Assembly (NCBI RefSeq): GCF_009914755.1
Contig: NC_060937.1
Source: the human T2T-CHM13v2.0 reference genome, Homo sapiens
DNA: 64,000 bases
Strand: one strand, 5' to 3'
The notes beneath the pieces were generated by a model that was not told where the DNA came from, searched no databases, and saw nothing but the letters and a program-made list of their open reading frames with translations. Shown here piece by piece: positions 1 through 19,399 of the stretch (positions are counted from its first letter, which is position 1; every line of letters begins with the position of its first letter). The position numbers and the translations under genes are program-made.

Positions 1-288
1 TAGACACACATCCATAGAGAGAAATAAAGAAACCCAACACAGCATGGTATAGAACAGTAGATAACCCTTGCTTCCTTCTTCTCTACTCTTATCCTAAGAG
101 ACAGATCTTCCCTGTTCATTTTAGGATGGAACTCATTTAACAAAATCTTTATTATATGAACATCAAAGACCTAATTAACACAGATTGTGTGTATATATAT
201 ATATATAAGAAAATAGAATTCTTATAGTTTGTAGAATAGGACTTCCTGGTCTTGACCTGGTCTGCTGTAGCACTCAGAGGCCTTTGCT

Positions 289-350
289 GAGAGAGTGTGT
301 GTGTGTGTGTGTGTGTGCGTGTGTGCGTGTGTGTGAGGTGTGTGTGTGAG
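289..350. repeat. (GA)/(GT)n microsatellite
   Basis: gagagagtgtgtgt...gcgtgtgtgtga; directly visible. Confidence 0.9.
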
Positions 351-831
351 GTGCCACACGCCAGCAAGCTGATTGTAGATTATGACTCTTGAATGGGTAA
401 TGGCTCTTAGTTTATGCATCTCTTACAGGAATGTAATTTTTCTTCACTAAGAAAATAAGTTTTGAAAATAAGTAACTTTAAGGTAGTTCATAAGTTTTAC
501 AGCTAAATTTTAGGTAGACTATGAATTTATTCTGTAAATATATAAACAGAAAATAGTGGGACATGAGAATGGGAAATATTACTGGTACTGGCAGAATCTA
601 CCAGAGCACTAGACAGATACTATTCAATGGTCATGTCCCATGGTCCTCCTGGCTTCACAGTACTTGGTAGTCCAAGGGACATCAGCACTGTGTCGGTGGA
701 AGAAGAGGCGGCTGGAAGAGGATAATTCAGACCTCCTAACAAGTCTGTGAATTGTTTCATATCCATTGTTTATGTGGTGAGGTCTCACAGGACCCACAGA
801 TTAGCACTGGGTGAAGGATTGTGTATGGGTA

Positions 832-1229
832 TGATACGGTGTGGATGTTTGTCCCTCCAAATCTTTTGTTGAACTGTGACCTCCAATGTTGGAAGTAGGT
901 CCTGGTGGGAGGTGTTTGGATCATGGGGGTGGCTGCCTCATAAATGGCTTGGTGTCCTCCTCACAGTAATAAATGAGTTCTCACTTGATGAGTCCTCTCA
1001 GAGAGCTGGTTGTTAAAAAGAGCCTGGCACCTTCCCTTTCTTGTCATGTGGCATATCAGCTCCTCCTTCAGCTTCTATTATGATTGGAAGCTCCCTGAGG
1101 CCTCACCAGAAGCAGATGCTGGCGCCATGCTTCTTGTACAGTCTGCAGAACCATGATCCAAGTAAACCTCTTTTCTTTATAAATTACCCAGGACCCAGTG
1201 ATTCTTCACAGCAACACAAAACAAACAGA
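832..1229 (+). mobile_element. MaLR solo LTR, MSTB-like
   Basis: Starts TGATACGGTGTGGATGTTTGTCCCTCCAAATC; has the MST/THE1 3' motif AGTAAACCTCTTTTCTTTATAAATTACCCAG; flanked by 5-bp TSD GGGTA (827-831, 1230-1234). Confidence 0.85.
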
Positions 1230-1539
1230 GGGTACCACTGGGCACTCTGACTAGAGACTTCCACACTCCTTCCTCTCCCTGACCTTGTATTTCCTCATCA
1301 TCCACCCTGCTGCTTTGTAAAGCCCCACTCTACACAGAAACACTCATGTTCCAGGCCCAGTTCACAACCACTATAGTGTTGTCACACACAGGGTCCGCCC
1401 CTCCCTCCTCACTTCAGGATCCTCAGTGAGCTCACACCCTTAAATTTTTGTGTACATATGTGTGTCTCTCTGCTCAGGAGGCTCCTTCGACACTGAGAGC
1501 ATTTCTCATGATAATGATTATCTTCACATCCCTGTCATC

Positions 1540-2555
1540 ACACTTAAGACATCACTTTGTACACAGTAGGTACTTAATAAAGTTTAGTTGTTTTTAAATA
1601 ATCACAAGTATTTGTAAGGCCGTGGTTAGTTGTCTTATGACTTTAAGGGTGAGAGTAATGATTTTTTTATTTTATTTTTTATTTTTTTGCTTTCCAGCAT
1701 TCTTGATTTCTCTTTGAATGTAGGCAGTCCCCACTCTTCTGGCCTAGATCTCCATGTGTTCTTGCTCTCTCTCCACACCTGTCTTTCGTGGTGGGGGCTG
1801 CTATTGCACTTTTGACCACTATCTATTTTTTAATGATCCCCAAGTCTGAGCTTTTGTGCTCACATCTGTCCCAACCACTTGTCTTGTGTTATCCCTCCAC
1901 CAGACACTGCCACCCACATCAGCACAGATCCCTCATCGTCTGCTCATCAGCCCCTACCCACTGAGCTCCAGATTTTGCTCAGTGATGTTACCAAGTGCCC
2001 AATAACCTGAGCTGGAATCCCTATCTCTTTTGAATCTGCGTCTTCTTATTCGCAGTGATTCTTTGCATGCAGAATGAGTCGTCTAATGTTCTGTGTAAGA
2101 CTCCTTTGCATCTTGAAGCTGTTGTTCACATCTCTTCAGCAATATGTTTGAGGCCCCTTGTAACCAGCTCACCCGGGTTCCTGCAGGATCCCTCGGGCCC
2201 AGCACAGTCATCTTTCTTTTCTCTTTGAGAGCACCTCATTGTCTCCTGTCTCCCTGTCTTTCACCATGTGCAATGCCATTTCTGCGAACATCTGCCCAGT
2301 ACCAGTCTACTCATACTTAAGACATCTGGCCCAAGGACTGTTGTACCTGTTCCCCATTCGATTTTTCTCTGGGTCTCAAAGCTCTTACTTTACACACCTG
2401 CAGTAGCAGGGGCTTCTTGTAACATAATTACCTGGTTATGCTTCATCCCTTTGCTAGACTTAGTTCTCCTAGAGGAAGGACTGTGCTTAATCATCCTGAT
2501 GTCTATAGCATAGTTATCAGTTAGAAATAGAAACTTTATTCATTGAATGTATTTG
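1540..2555 (+). mobile_element. Highly diverged L2 fragments
   Basis: L2 3'-end-like motifs CACAGTAGGTACTTAATAAA (~1562) and CTAGACTTAGTTCTCCTAGAGGAAGGACTGTG...TGAATG (~2454-2550); boundaries uncertain. Confidence 0.45.
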
Positions 2556-2629
2556 GTAATCAGGTCTCTGCACCTAAAGACATTGGTAGCACGTCACTCA
2601 CCTCATCGCACCGGGGACAGAGAAGCAAA

Positions 2630-2990
2630 TGTGTTCAGCTCAGGCTGCCGTGACAAATTACCATAGATTTGGTGGCTTGAACATTTATTTCTTGTGGTTC
2701 TGGAGGCTGCAGGTCTGAGGTCGGAGAGGCTGCACATCGGGTTCTGCTGACAGCGCTCTTCCGGGTGATGTCCTCAGATGACCTTTCCTTGGTGCCTACG
2801 TGCAGGGAGAGGGTTCTCATGTCTCTTCCTCTTTTTATAAGGACACCAGTCCCATCAGGGAGGCTCCACCCTCATGACCTAATCTAACCCCAATTACCTT
2901 CCAAGGGCCCCACCTCCAAATGCCATCACACTGCGGATTAGGTTGTCAGCATATGCATGTTTGGGGGACACACACGTTCAGTCTACAGCA
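2630..2990 (-). mobile_element. MaLR solo LTR, MLT1A-like
   Basis: GGCTGCCGTGACAAATTACCATAGA...GTTCTGGAGGCTG...TTATAAGGACACCAGTCCCAT...CCCTCATGACCTAATCTAACC...TTGGGGGACACA..TTCAGTC matches the reverse MLT1A pattern. Confidence 0.8.
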
Positions 2991-3258
2991 AACTGGAAGC
3001 TCTGGGCACGTGCCCTCTGTGAACTCCATGCTCTGTGGTTTGGTTAGGACTTTTCTCTGCTCTACTCTCTTTCCATTTTGGGCCGCTGAGTTCTGCATTA
3101 TTCCTGTGAGCAAGAGAGGTCCTGCCTCCCGCCTTTCAGCTTCCCACACCAGGTGACTTGTGCCTCAGGTATTTCCCTGTTTGGTCCTGTCAGAAAGGAA
3201 GCAAGATGACATAGGTTAGACAAAGTGGCATTTGAGATGGTAATTGAGCAAAGACATC

Positions 3259-3410
3259 TTTGTTTTTAGAGGCAGAGTTCTCTCTCTGTCGCCCAGGCTG
3301 AAGTGCAATGGCGCAATCACAGCCCACTGCAGCCTTGACCTCCTGGGCACAAGCTATCTTTTCTCCTCAGCCTCCCAAGCAGCTGGGACTACAGGTACGT
3401 GCCACCATGC
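3259..3410 (-). mobile_element. Alu right-arm monomer (FRAM/AluJ fragment)
   Basis: CTGTCGCCCAGGCTGAAGTGCAATGG...CACTGCAGCCTTGACCTCCTGGG...GCTGGGACTACAGG. Confidence 0.85.
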
Positions 3411-4920
3411 ATATTGTTTTTGACTGGTAGAATGTGGCTAAAGGACCTTTAGCCATGGAGAAAATCGTGCGTGAAAACATGTTGAGGTCCAGAAGAGAGG
3501 AGAACAGATAAAACCAGTAGCAGATCACTAGTAGGAGAGAATGAAAGATGAGGCTGGCCAGCTCACAGATGGCTTGACTCTGAGGAAAGAGGAGGCCTTG
3601 GAAAGATGAATCCACTGCTGATGTTGAGGTGCGGTTTTCCCAAGCTTTGTCAGATGGCACATGTAATGAGCCTCGTTCAGCTGCAGCTGGATAAGCCCGC
3701 TGCTTCACTCTCTGGAATGAAAATGCTTAATCAAGGTTTCGGCTACAGAGTTTTGATCAACAGTGCAGTCCCCTTTGTATATTTGTGGATTATCAGATAC
3801 CTGAAATAAATTCTGGGCTGCATTTTATTTAGTGTCTAATTACAACATCTAACTTCCTGAGTGAGCTCTGGTGAGGGCTGCAAGAGGCACTGACTGCCCA
3901 AGCCCAGGTGGCCAATCTGCCGGTTCTCTGTGTGTTTCAGCTTCTTATGCTCACCCACTGTGCCCGACTTCATACAGAGCTCAGTGTAGTGTTTAGCATG
4001 AAGAAAATGATGACATTTAGTAATGGGACTTTGTGGCCTGCAGTTAGTGGTGGAAAGGAATGATGAACTCTCTGAAAAATGAGACATGATGTCAGATGTT
4101 CTCTGTCAATTTCAAATCTCCACAGTGCTGATTGTGTGTGCTGTGTGTTTGTATGTGTGCATATGTGCACATGTGTTTGTGTGTGCACATTCTGTCCTGT
4201 TTACTCACTTTGAGGCTTCGCAGGGCAGGCTATTTATGAAGCATACAACTCACAATGTCAATGTTAAGCCCTAAATGCTAAGTCCATGCCAACCTAGGTC
4301 TTGGCCTGCTACAGAAATGGAGAAATGAGTACCTCGTGGTGGGTTTACACCACGAAAGACCACGTAATGTGCTACACATGCGTGGTTCTTCCCCCGGGAC
4401 GTTGTCTGTGGCATAGCAGGTACTGGCTCTGTAGAAAAGAGTTTCACTTGGACAAGCTAGTGTCAAATAAGTTTTACCTGAATGAGCAGAGTTCTCTCCT
4501 TGGGCTAAACCCAAAGTGCCGAGACGTTCCCTCTTGTAAGCCTGGCTACCCCTGCCATGTCCTGTGTTACCTGGCTCGTAAGCCTGGCTACCCCTGTGCC
4601 ACGTCCAGGCTACCCCTGCCACATTTCTGTGTGCGGGGTGACCTGTTTCATGAACCTGTTTCATGGCGGAACGTGTCCTTGCTGCTTCAGCATGATGCAG
4701 TCACGGTACACTGGACCAGGGAACACTGGGACGGAAGAAGTGAACCTTGCGGTCCCCCATTCTCTGCCGGACTCTGGTCCAGAAGTGCACAGCATTTGCA
4801 GCCACAGCCACTGCCAGAGCCAGGTGCGACCCTTCATCCCCACTTCCCAGGCGAGAAAACTGAGGCCCAAAGTGGAACAACACCTAGTTATTATGCATCG
4901 TGGAGGCGTCAGGAAAGGAG

Positions 4921-5128
4921 TATGTGTCTGTCTGTGTATATGTGTGTGTGTGTGTCTCTGTGTGGGTGTCCATGTCTGTGTATGTTTGTCTGTGTGTGTC
5001 TCTGTATTTGTCTTTGTGTGTGTCTGTCTGTGTGTATGTCCCTGTTGTCTTTCATGTGTCTGTGTATGTCTCTGTGTGTGTCTGTATCTGTGTGTGCCTC
5101 TGTGTGTATGTGCACAGACACATGTGTG
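4921..5128. repeat. Degenerate (TG)/(TGTC)n simple repeat
   Basis: Interrupted TG/TC dinucleotide tract; source of the Cys/Val-rich ORFs here. Confidence 0.9.
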
Positions 5129-8100
5129 CTTAGGGGTAGTGCAGGAATAAGGACCTGAAGGACAATGTTCTTCTTTTCACCTGAAGCCTGTGGCAAACAT
5201 CCTTCCTTGGCTTCAAGGGCAGTCGACTGTCAGCTGTCATGCGGTGGGGACAGCCTCGGACAGAGCGCGCCATGTGCAGCTCAGCTCAGCGATGAGTGCT
5301 CGCTCAGACTTTGGACATCTCACGTCTAATGTATTTGGACCTGCTTGTTTCTGTAATGAAAAAAACATGCTGCTTCTCATGGATAATAACTTTTGACTTC
5401 CTGGACAGCTCTTTTGTTTTGTTTACTTTAGCAGAAAGTATTCCACCCTTTAAAAATATTACTCTCTCTTTTATCTGTTTTAGAGGATTAAAAATACATC
5501 AATGTGTTTATATTTAAAAATGGGAAATGTCAAAAACATTTTTATAGTATCTTTCTTTTAATCTTCATTTAACGGACTTTGGGGGTGGGGAATAGCTTCT
5601 AGGTTGTGTTCAATTTTGTCCATTTCTGAAAGGACTTATTTCTCTGTTAAGGATTCCACACCTTTTGTGTTGGACAGATGTTCAGGAGTTTTAAAAAGGC
5701 ATATCACATTTCTTTGAACCTAGTAGTTTGAAGTATACGTTAATATAATATTAGACTCATTAGGATTAAAATTTGTTTGCTCATGATATTTAAATTTGTA
5801 AAAAGCATTAAACTCTTTGAATGACGCCACATTCTGTTGCACGTTTTATTTTTGTTTTTAGCTATTTGGAACATAACTTGCCATGCTCCATTATAGCACC
5901 CTGGGACAATTATGCCTCTTTATCCCTGGTTGAGCCAGAGGCACCCAGAGCATGCTCCAGAGGTGCTGAAAAGAGCCTGAGTGACTAAATCCCCTCTTCC
6001 TGTGCCAAATGGTGAGAATGCTCCAGTGTGTCCCACTTCCTGGTGACATGGAAGAGAAATGGTCTTTGCTGTTGGTAATTTCAGGCTGCTGCTAACAGGA
6101 GCAATGACCCCATAAAAGGTTTTCAGCTGTTGACAATGTAAACAGACAGAATTACTGGAAAAAAAAAATTCTACCTTTGAAACAGTCAAGAGCTTTTTCT
6201 CTTTCATTTGGAAGTAATGATTCGAGCACTTCGAGGAGCCACAAATGTACACAATTTAGTGATGTTTTGTAGTTTTTTTGTGTGTGGGGGGGGGAAGCAC
6301 TGATGAGACTTTTTCTCTCCCTTCATCTTATAGTTTTATTCTCTCACAAAAGCATATTAAATAAGATAAAGACCTGTGATACTATGCAATGAACACTAAA
6401 GTGACTAAAATGAAATGAAAACATATCATTAATTTGTAAAAGTTCTACATTCAATCAAACAGAATTGCAGAGACATATCTGTAAAATAGTCTAGTTAATA
6501 TAGTGGAAAGATCTAATTATCTGCAGCTAAAGTTACCTCATTAATGTTTAATGCCAATCATAAATTTGTGCATTTATTAGAAATGAAAAAAAGAAATGGA
6601 AATAACTGGGGCTTTTGGCCATTGTGCTGACTGTTGCTGGAGACTGAGAAACTGTTCAAGGGTGGAGGTTTTTTCTTCTTTATTTCCACCTCCCCATCTC
6701 CTTCCAGACTGTCAGAGCCATGGGAGAGACAGTAAGTGTTCTTCGAATGGATGCATTGGAATTCAATGGGTCTTCTTGTTCAAATCATTTTCTGCTACAC
6801 AGGAAAAGTCCTCTAAGGGTCAAAAGGATGCTCAAGTATAGTCACCCAGTGTCATTTCCCCTTGCAAACCCATTTCTCCTGTGGGGCTTCCCAGGGCAGT
6901 TTCTCTCACCTGTGATGCTTGTTATACTGAGGATGATGGAGAAAGGGCTCCTGGAACCACCCATCAAATATGTCTCCTTTCGCATTTGGACTTTCTGTCT
7001 TTAAATCTGTGTTGCCTTTACAACTGCGAGGTTGCGGTAACTCTGGTTTTCCTGAATCAGACAAATAATTTCAAAGACATTATTTGCATTTACTAACTAA
7101 TTTTCCCCTGAGACCAATTGCACATAATACAGTGCATTGCCCATCTCTGTAAACGATGCCCAGAGTAAATTAGAAATCAAAGTTGGGTCCAGAAATAGTT
7201 GACGTTACTCTAGCACTCACTGTTCTAACCCCAGATGGTCTTGTTAATCCTTAGAACCTTCTGCCATTTCCTCGCTATTGCTGCCGTGGAGCTGGGTGGG
7301 TGTTCACATAGACGTCTCTTGCTGTATGCAATTTTTATGATGTCTGTGGTTTTGACATTGTGGGCTATTACTGATGTGTCGTGTAAGACAGGATCCCCTT
7401 CAAGTCTTCCCTCAGCCCAGGTAGGTCATGTTGATTGGATGTTTTATACCCCATTCATTTGCACTGCAGTTGACTAACATATCTTCAGCCTGCAGAATCC
7501 TGCCCAAATTCACACTGTTAAGCAAGTTCCCTTGGCCGCCCTTACAAGATGATTATTTGCTAATTTGAGAACTGAAAAGTAAGTAAAAAGAATTTCCCTT
7601 AGGATTCAAACCAAATACTTTCATACCAGCCAGATATCTGCACTGACATTCTCTTAAGATGTCAAAAATTGTGGAATGTTTTAAAACTATTTCAAAAGGT
7701 CTACCTTTTAAGTCTATGTCTTGCAGTGTTGAATAACCTCACAAATGCACAACAGTGGAACATCAAAGCAAATGCTGCCCATTTATCATTATAGTTTAGG
7801 CAGTCAGCACACAAACCATGCTCCTCCTTGGTGCCCGGGGTACGTGATGGATGAGTCACTGGAAAGGATGTCAGAACAGCCACCACTTAGCCAGAGGCAA
7901 GAACTTCGTAGACTAAGAATCAGATCTGGCAAACCTAGATTCTGGAACGCCTTGTTCAATTCCAGTTCCCCATAACTTAGACTCAGACTTGTGACGGGAA
8001 AAATTTAGCACCAGCAGGCCTACAGAGTGCTTTAATGCTGGAGGTGTATTTAATGTTTATGAGTCCTATATAATCCAGAGACCTTGTTTGTTCCTTGGCA

Positions 8101-8508
8101 AGGTGGTACTGCTCATCTACTTCAAAGGCTGACTAAATTAAAAAAAAAATGACTAGAATTGCTAGCCACCCTTCATTACCACACACTTTATGGAGGCATG
8201 CGGAATAATTTCATTTGCTTTTATTTCAGGGACTGTTACATATCTATGTCCCATTTCATCTTCACTCTTTCAAGCTGATGCCCAGATCTCCAGAATAACT
8301 CTTATGAGCGTGCTACAGTTTCCCAGGTATCTTTCTTCTTAGTCCATTGCCCTAATTTTGGGCATGGATCTGTAATTCCAATTACTATGCACACATACAT
8401 GAATACCTCTCTCTCACACACACACAAACAGACACACACAAATCATACATGTCAAAAAGATTGAAGGGAAATTGATCAAAATGTTAAGAATAGCATATTG
8501 TGTGATAA

Positions 8509-8846
<338 letters not shown>

Positions 8847-9109
8847 GGTAATTTTCATTTTTTATGTGTTCTCATTTTTAAAATTCCATAATAAACATAA
8901 ACCAATTTATTATCAGAAAGATACTATTAAAATGCTTCTTAAGAAGTTCAAATTTATAAATTACTAAACAAGACCTGTATGTATGCACACACATCCTCCC
9001 AGGTACTTGTGTCAATCTTATTTTTTGGCCATCTGCTGCAAAACTTGAAGGATAAAAATATCTGCTGAGAGAAGAAGTTTTACTTCAATGGATAGATGTC
9101 CTAACTTAA

Positions 9110-9265
9110 TACTATATTTCCCTGCCATTAGGGTGCCATCAGTTTTTATGGCATAACAGCATTTGGGGTATGATTAAGAAAAACCCTTTATGACACTCTA
9201 TGGCATTAAGAATCATTCTAATTGCAGAGATGTTAAAATGTACATTTTAGAACTTATAAAATATG
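9110..9265 (-). mobile_element. MER104/Kanga-like Tc2 MITE remnant
   Basis: GCAGAGATGTTAAAATGTACATTTTAGAAC...AAAATATG resembles the reverse MER104 terminus; degenerate TIR at ~9113. Confidence 0.4.
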
Positions 9266-10106
9266 AAATAATCCCTGTCTTACACAACTTCAGAAAGCAA
9301 ATTATTAGGGAGCACCACCCAGGTTATTTAGTAAGTTTAGGGCAACCCCAATATCAAACCCTGATAGATACTGCAAGATAAAGAAACTGTAGATCAATAT
9401 TTGTCATGAATGTAGGTAGATCCTTCATTATGTATTACCAAACTGAAGATAGTAATATTTTAACAAGAGAATGATACATAATGAACAAGTGACATTTATC
9501 TCAGCACTGTAAGATTGGTGTAACTTCTGAAAATTAATCAATATAATTTGCCACAGAAAAATATGATCAGCTCAACAGATAAAGAAAAAGTACATGACAA
9601 GATTTTTTGTGAGTAAAAAACACACTTTTTAGCAAACTAGGGAAAAGACAACTTTCTTAATTTTATAAAGAGTTATCTACAAAAATCCCACAGCAAACAT
9701 GTACTTCATGGTGAAATGTGGAGTGCTTTCTCCCTAGGATTTGGAACAAGACAAGGATGATTGATTTTATCACCCCTGCTTAACATCGTACTAGAAGTTC
9801 TAGCCAGCATAAAAAAGTGATAAAAGCAGATAAAAAGTATAAAGTTTGTTATTTGCAGATGACATGATTATGGGTTAGAAAACTCTGAGGAATTTACAAA
9901 AAACAAATCTAATGAATTTAATAAATTTTAAATTGTTGCGTTATACAAGGTCAACATATAAAAATCAGTTATATTTCTATATACCAGCAATGAACATTTA
10001 GATAATGAAATTTAAATATGCCTTTTATGATAGCATCAAAATAATTAAATTATTTGGAATCAAAGTAATAAAAAGTTAAGACCTCTACACTAAAAACTAT
10101 AAAATA
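9266..10106 (+). mobile_element. Old L1 (L1ME/MD-like) ORF2 fragment, 5' of the Tigger4 insertion
   Basis: L1 ORF2 motifs ATTTGCAGATGACATGAT (RT FADD), ATACAAGGTCAACATATAAAAATCA, GACCTCTACACTAAAAACTATAAAA; continues in register after 17183. Confidence 0.85.
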
Positions 10107-10446
10107 CAGGCTGAGGATCCCTAATCTGAAAATTTAAAATCCAAAATGCTCCAAAATCCAAGACTTTTTGAATGCTGGCATGACAAGTGGAAAATTCCAC
10201 ATCTGACCTTATGTGATGGGTCACAATCAAAAAGCAGATGCAGTTTATTCAGCATCTCCAAGGGAAACAAAGACACCCCCAGGCCTGTTTAGCTGCAATG
10301 TATCTCTTCTGCACAAGCTCATATTCCCCCAGACGAGCATGCCCACAAAGGGTGACAAGACTGCGCATGTGAGGGCTGGATGTGCCAGCGACAGGTTCCT
10401 CACAAGGCCCTATATTGGCCCAAGACCTTTGTGCATCACTCACTGG

Positions 10447-10477
<31 letters not shown>

Positions 10478-12688
10478 TATTCTCTGCTCTGTGGTGTAAA
10501 GGTATTGTTAAAAATGTCAAAAAGGACGGCAGATACCCCTGCTGGCAACCGTGGTAAGAAAAAGAGGAAACATTTTTATTTCTCTGTAGTGCAGGAAGTG
10601 AAGCTGTCAGAGAAACTGGGTGGCAGTGTCATTGTGAAACATCTTACAGAAGAGTGAGGTGTTGGAATGACCACCACACAGGACCTGAATCGTTGAAGTT
10701 CTATGTTGAAAAGGATGAACAGAAGTTAATGAAAAATAGAAAAACACTACATAAAACAAAAATAGAAGAACTTGATTATGTATTAGAAGAGTGGATTTGT
10801 CAGTATTTGCAGTGAACACATGCTGCTTAATGGTATGCTGATCATGAAACAAGCAAAAATCTATTGTGATGAACTGGAAATTGAAGAGAACAGAGACTAT
10901 TCAATAGGCTGATGGCAGAAATTTGAGAAAAAACACAGCATTAAATATTTAAAGGTTTTTGGTGGTAAAACATCTGCTGATCATAAAGCAGTGGAGAAAT
11001 TCATTGATGAGTTTGCCAAAGTAGTTGCTGATGAAAATCTGACCCCAGAACAAGTCTATGATGCTGATGAAAAATCCCTGCTTTGGTGTTATTGCCCCAG
11101 GAAGACACTGACTACAACTGATAAGATAGAACCTAAAGAAATTAAGGATCCCAAGGACAGAACAACTGTGCTGAGAAGTGCTAATGCAGCAAGCACACAT
11201 AACTGTAAACTTAAGACAGACAAAAGCTTGTGTTCTCTCTATGTTCAAGGAGTAACTTTCTAACCAATCTCTTATTCTGCTATCAAAAGGCATGGATCAC
11301 GAGGGACATCTTTTTTGATTGGTTTCACAAACGCTTTCTACCCATGGTTCCTGCTCACTGCAAGAAAACTGGGCTCGATGATGACTGCAAGCTTTGTTAT
11401 TCCCTGACAGCTGTTCTGTTGATCCTCCAGCTGAAACTGTCGTCAAAAAATGTTTATAGCATGTGCCTTTCCCCAAATGTGACTTAATTAATTCAACCAT
11501 ATGACCAGGATATGCTTAGATCAATGAAGAGTAAATATAAACACACTTTCTGGAACAGCATCCTAGCAGCAGTGAAGAGTGTGGGTGTGAAAGGAGTTCG
11601 GCATGAGGATTCTGTATATGCCATTGCCAGTGCTTGGAACACAGTCACTAAAGACACAGCCATGCATGCGTAGCACAACCCCCAGCCTGTGACTAGGCTC
11701 AGTGTTGATGAGTAATGAAACAGTGGTTTTGGATTCCGTATATCAAGTGAGAAAAAATGATGTCTGACCTTATCATATAGGCAAAAAAGAAATGCCTTCC
11801 GAGTCCGTCAGCGAACTGGAAGAAGCGGATGTCAAAGAACATTGATAACAGGCTCCAGTTGTTCACTCATTGACCCATGGCAAAATAGCTGACATTATTG
11901 TGAATCAAGGTGATCATAACAACAGCGACGATGAAGATGATGTTGAAAGTGCAGAAGACGTGCTTACAGATGACATGGTGAAAACGTGTGATGAGCTCAT
12001 TGAAGGCCTAGAGCAGTGTGTGTCCATAGCAGAACAAAAAAATCCAGTCAGTTTATAAAATCAAAGAGAGATTTCTAAGACATAAAACGTTGTTAATGAG
12101 GCAGATGACTCTGGAGAAAACATTTTTAAAAAGGCACCCAGCAGAGCGCCTACTCATCCCTAGAGGACCCGCTTCTTGGTCCCTCAACTGCTTCTCATGT
12201 TTCTTCTCAACTATAAAAATAAAACACAGCGCATAATAACTGCTTAATCAAAACACAGCACTGTAGGTGGACACTTGGGGCCTGCCATTATTTGTGGTTG
12301 CTGTTGTTTAACAGCTGATACAGGTATTCTGATGATGCCACTGTGCTACTTCATTGCCCTGAACATATTATTTTTCCACTGTATTAATGATTTGTCATAT
12401 ATTTTACTGTTAAGTACTTATGAGTGAAGAAGTGTAAGAAACTGATGGCTTATTGGTAGCATCTAAATTCAGAGTAAGCAATGATGGTGATGCCAAACAA
12501 CCACCAATCATTCACATAGGTGGTGGAGGGAGTGGCATCTTTGTTTTCTAATGGTTCAATGTGCACAACCTTTGTTTCATGCATAATATTATTAAAAATA
12601 TCATATGAAATTATTTTCAGGCTATGTGTAATAGGTGTATATACATAAATAAATTTTGTGTTTAGATTCCGGTCCCATGCCAAAGGTA

Positions 12689-12690
<2 letters not shown>
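10107..12690 (+). mobile_element. Tigger4 (Zombi) pogo-like DNA transposon, main body
   Basis: TA|CAGGCTGAGGATCCCTAATCTGAAAA 5' TIR; transposase remnants inside; subterminal TTTAGATTCCGGTCCCATGCCAAAG at 12661; 3' TIR displaced to 16156 and 17181. Confidence 0.9.
10514..12220 (+). pseudogene. Decayed Tigger4 transposase (CENP-B/Jerky-like HTH + DDE)
   Basis: Broken frames: MSKRTADTPAGNRGKKKRKHF..VKL.EKL (CENP-B-type N-terminus), EFAKVVADENLTPEQVYDADEKSLLW (first catalytic D motif), KAWITRDIFFDWFHKRF, acidic NNSDDEDDVE tail; many stops and frameshifts; end approximate. Confidence 0.85.
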
Positions 12691-16080
<3,390 letters not shown>

Positions 16081-16268
16081 ATTCCAAAATCCAAAAGAAT
16101 CTGAAATCTAAAGCACTTATGTTCCCCAGCATTTTGGATAAGGGATACTGAATCTGTATTTCTGAGAGAAGTTCAGAAAGACAGAAGTAAATGAAAACAT
16201 ATTCTATGTTTATGAATTGGAAGACAATGTCATTAAGATGTAGAAATACTTCAAATTACTTGTAGATT
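16081..16268 (+). mobile_element. Tigger4 3' end + TA + L1 junction, copy 1
   Basis: ATTCCAAAATCC...GGATAAGGGATACTGAATCTG|TA then L1 TTTCTGAGAGAAG...TGTAGATT. Confidence 0.88.
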
Positions 16269-17105
16269 TGTAGATATTATATTATAATATATATTACTAT
16301 ATATTATATTATAATATATATTACTATATATTATATTATAATATATATTATAATATAATATATATTATAATATATATTATATTGTAATATATATTATAAT
16401 ATAATATTATATATTATAATGTAGATTATATAATTACATATAATATATAATAATATATTATGTATATCTATATTATATATTATAATTTTATAATATATAA
16501 TATTTAATATATAATATATAGTATTATATATAATATATTATATTATATATTATATAGTATTATATATAATATATTATATTATATATTATATAGTATTATA
16601 TATAATATATTATATTATATATGATATATAATATATACAGTATATAATACATGTATTATAACATAATATATATTAATTATATTATATATTATATATATTA
16701 TATTATCTTATATATTATATTACATATAATATGTATATTATATATAACATACTGTATATACATGTATAGTACATATATTATATATAATGCATATATAATT
16801 TATATTATATATAATATGTAATATATATAATATATATTATATATGTATTATATATTATACATGTATAATGTATATTTATATGTTATACATGTATAATATA
16901 TATTTATATGTTATACATGTATAATATATATTTATATGTTATACATGTATAATATATATTTATATATTATACATGTAGAATATATATAATACATGTATAA
17001 TATATATTATACATGTATATTTATTTATTATATATGTATAATATATATAATAATATATGTATAATGTATATTTATATATTATATATGTATAATATATGTG
17101 TATAT
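16269..17105. repeat. AT-only low-complexity tract, block 2
   Basis: ~0.84 kb A/T tract between the two duplicated Tigger4 ends. Confidence 0.95.
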
Positions 17106-17181
17106 ATTCCAAAATCCAAAAAAATCTGAAATGAAAAACACTTCTCGTCCCAAGGATTTTGGATAAGGGATACTCAATCTG
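17106..17181 (+). mobile_element. Tigger4 3' end, copy 2
   Basis: GGATAAGGGATACTCAATCTG|TA; approximate reverse complement of the 5' TIR at 10107. Confidence 0.9.
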
Positions 17182-17183
17182 TA

Positions 17184-19235
<2,052 letters not shown>

Positions 19236-19399
19236 TGCACATGATAAATATCTCTTTTTCCATCTATCATTATGTAACCCATTCATCTATATGTTGTATT
19301 ATGTAAACCAGTTCTGATTTAAAAAAAAAGGAATAAATGCCACCCAGTGTATTTTGAGAGATGTTTGAGTACTGCTGGTTTGTTCTCCATAGTACCACA

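Noticed and set aside
4301-5158. Longest ORF (285 aa) and overlapping 197-aa ORF
   Set aside because: The 285-aa ORF has a non-ATG start, no recognisable domain, and its C-terminal part is a translated TG/TC microsatellite that lacks stops by composition.
10213-12058. ORFs resembling JRK/TIGD/CENP-B as a possible functional gene
   Set aside because: Fragments lie in different frames with stops, inside TIRs and a TA TSD: a decayed Tigger4 transposase.
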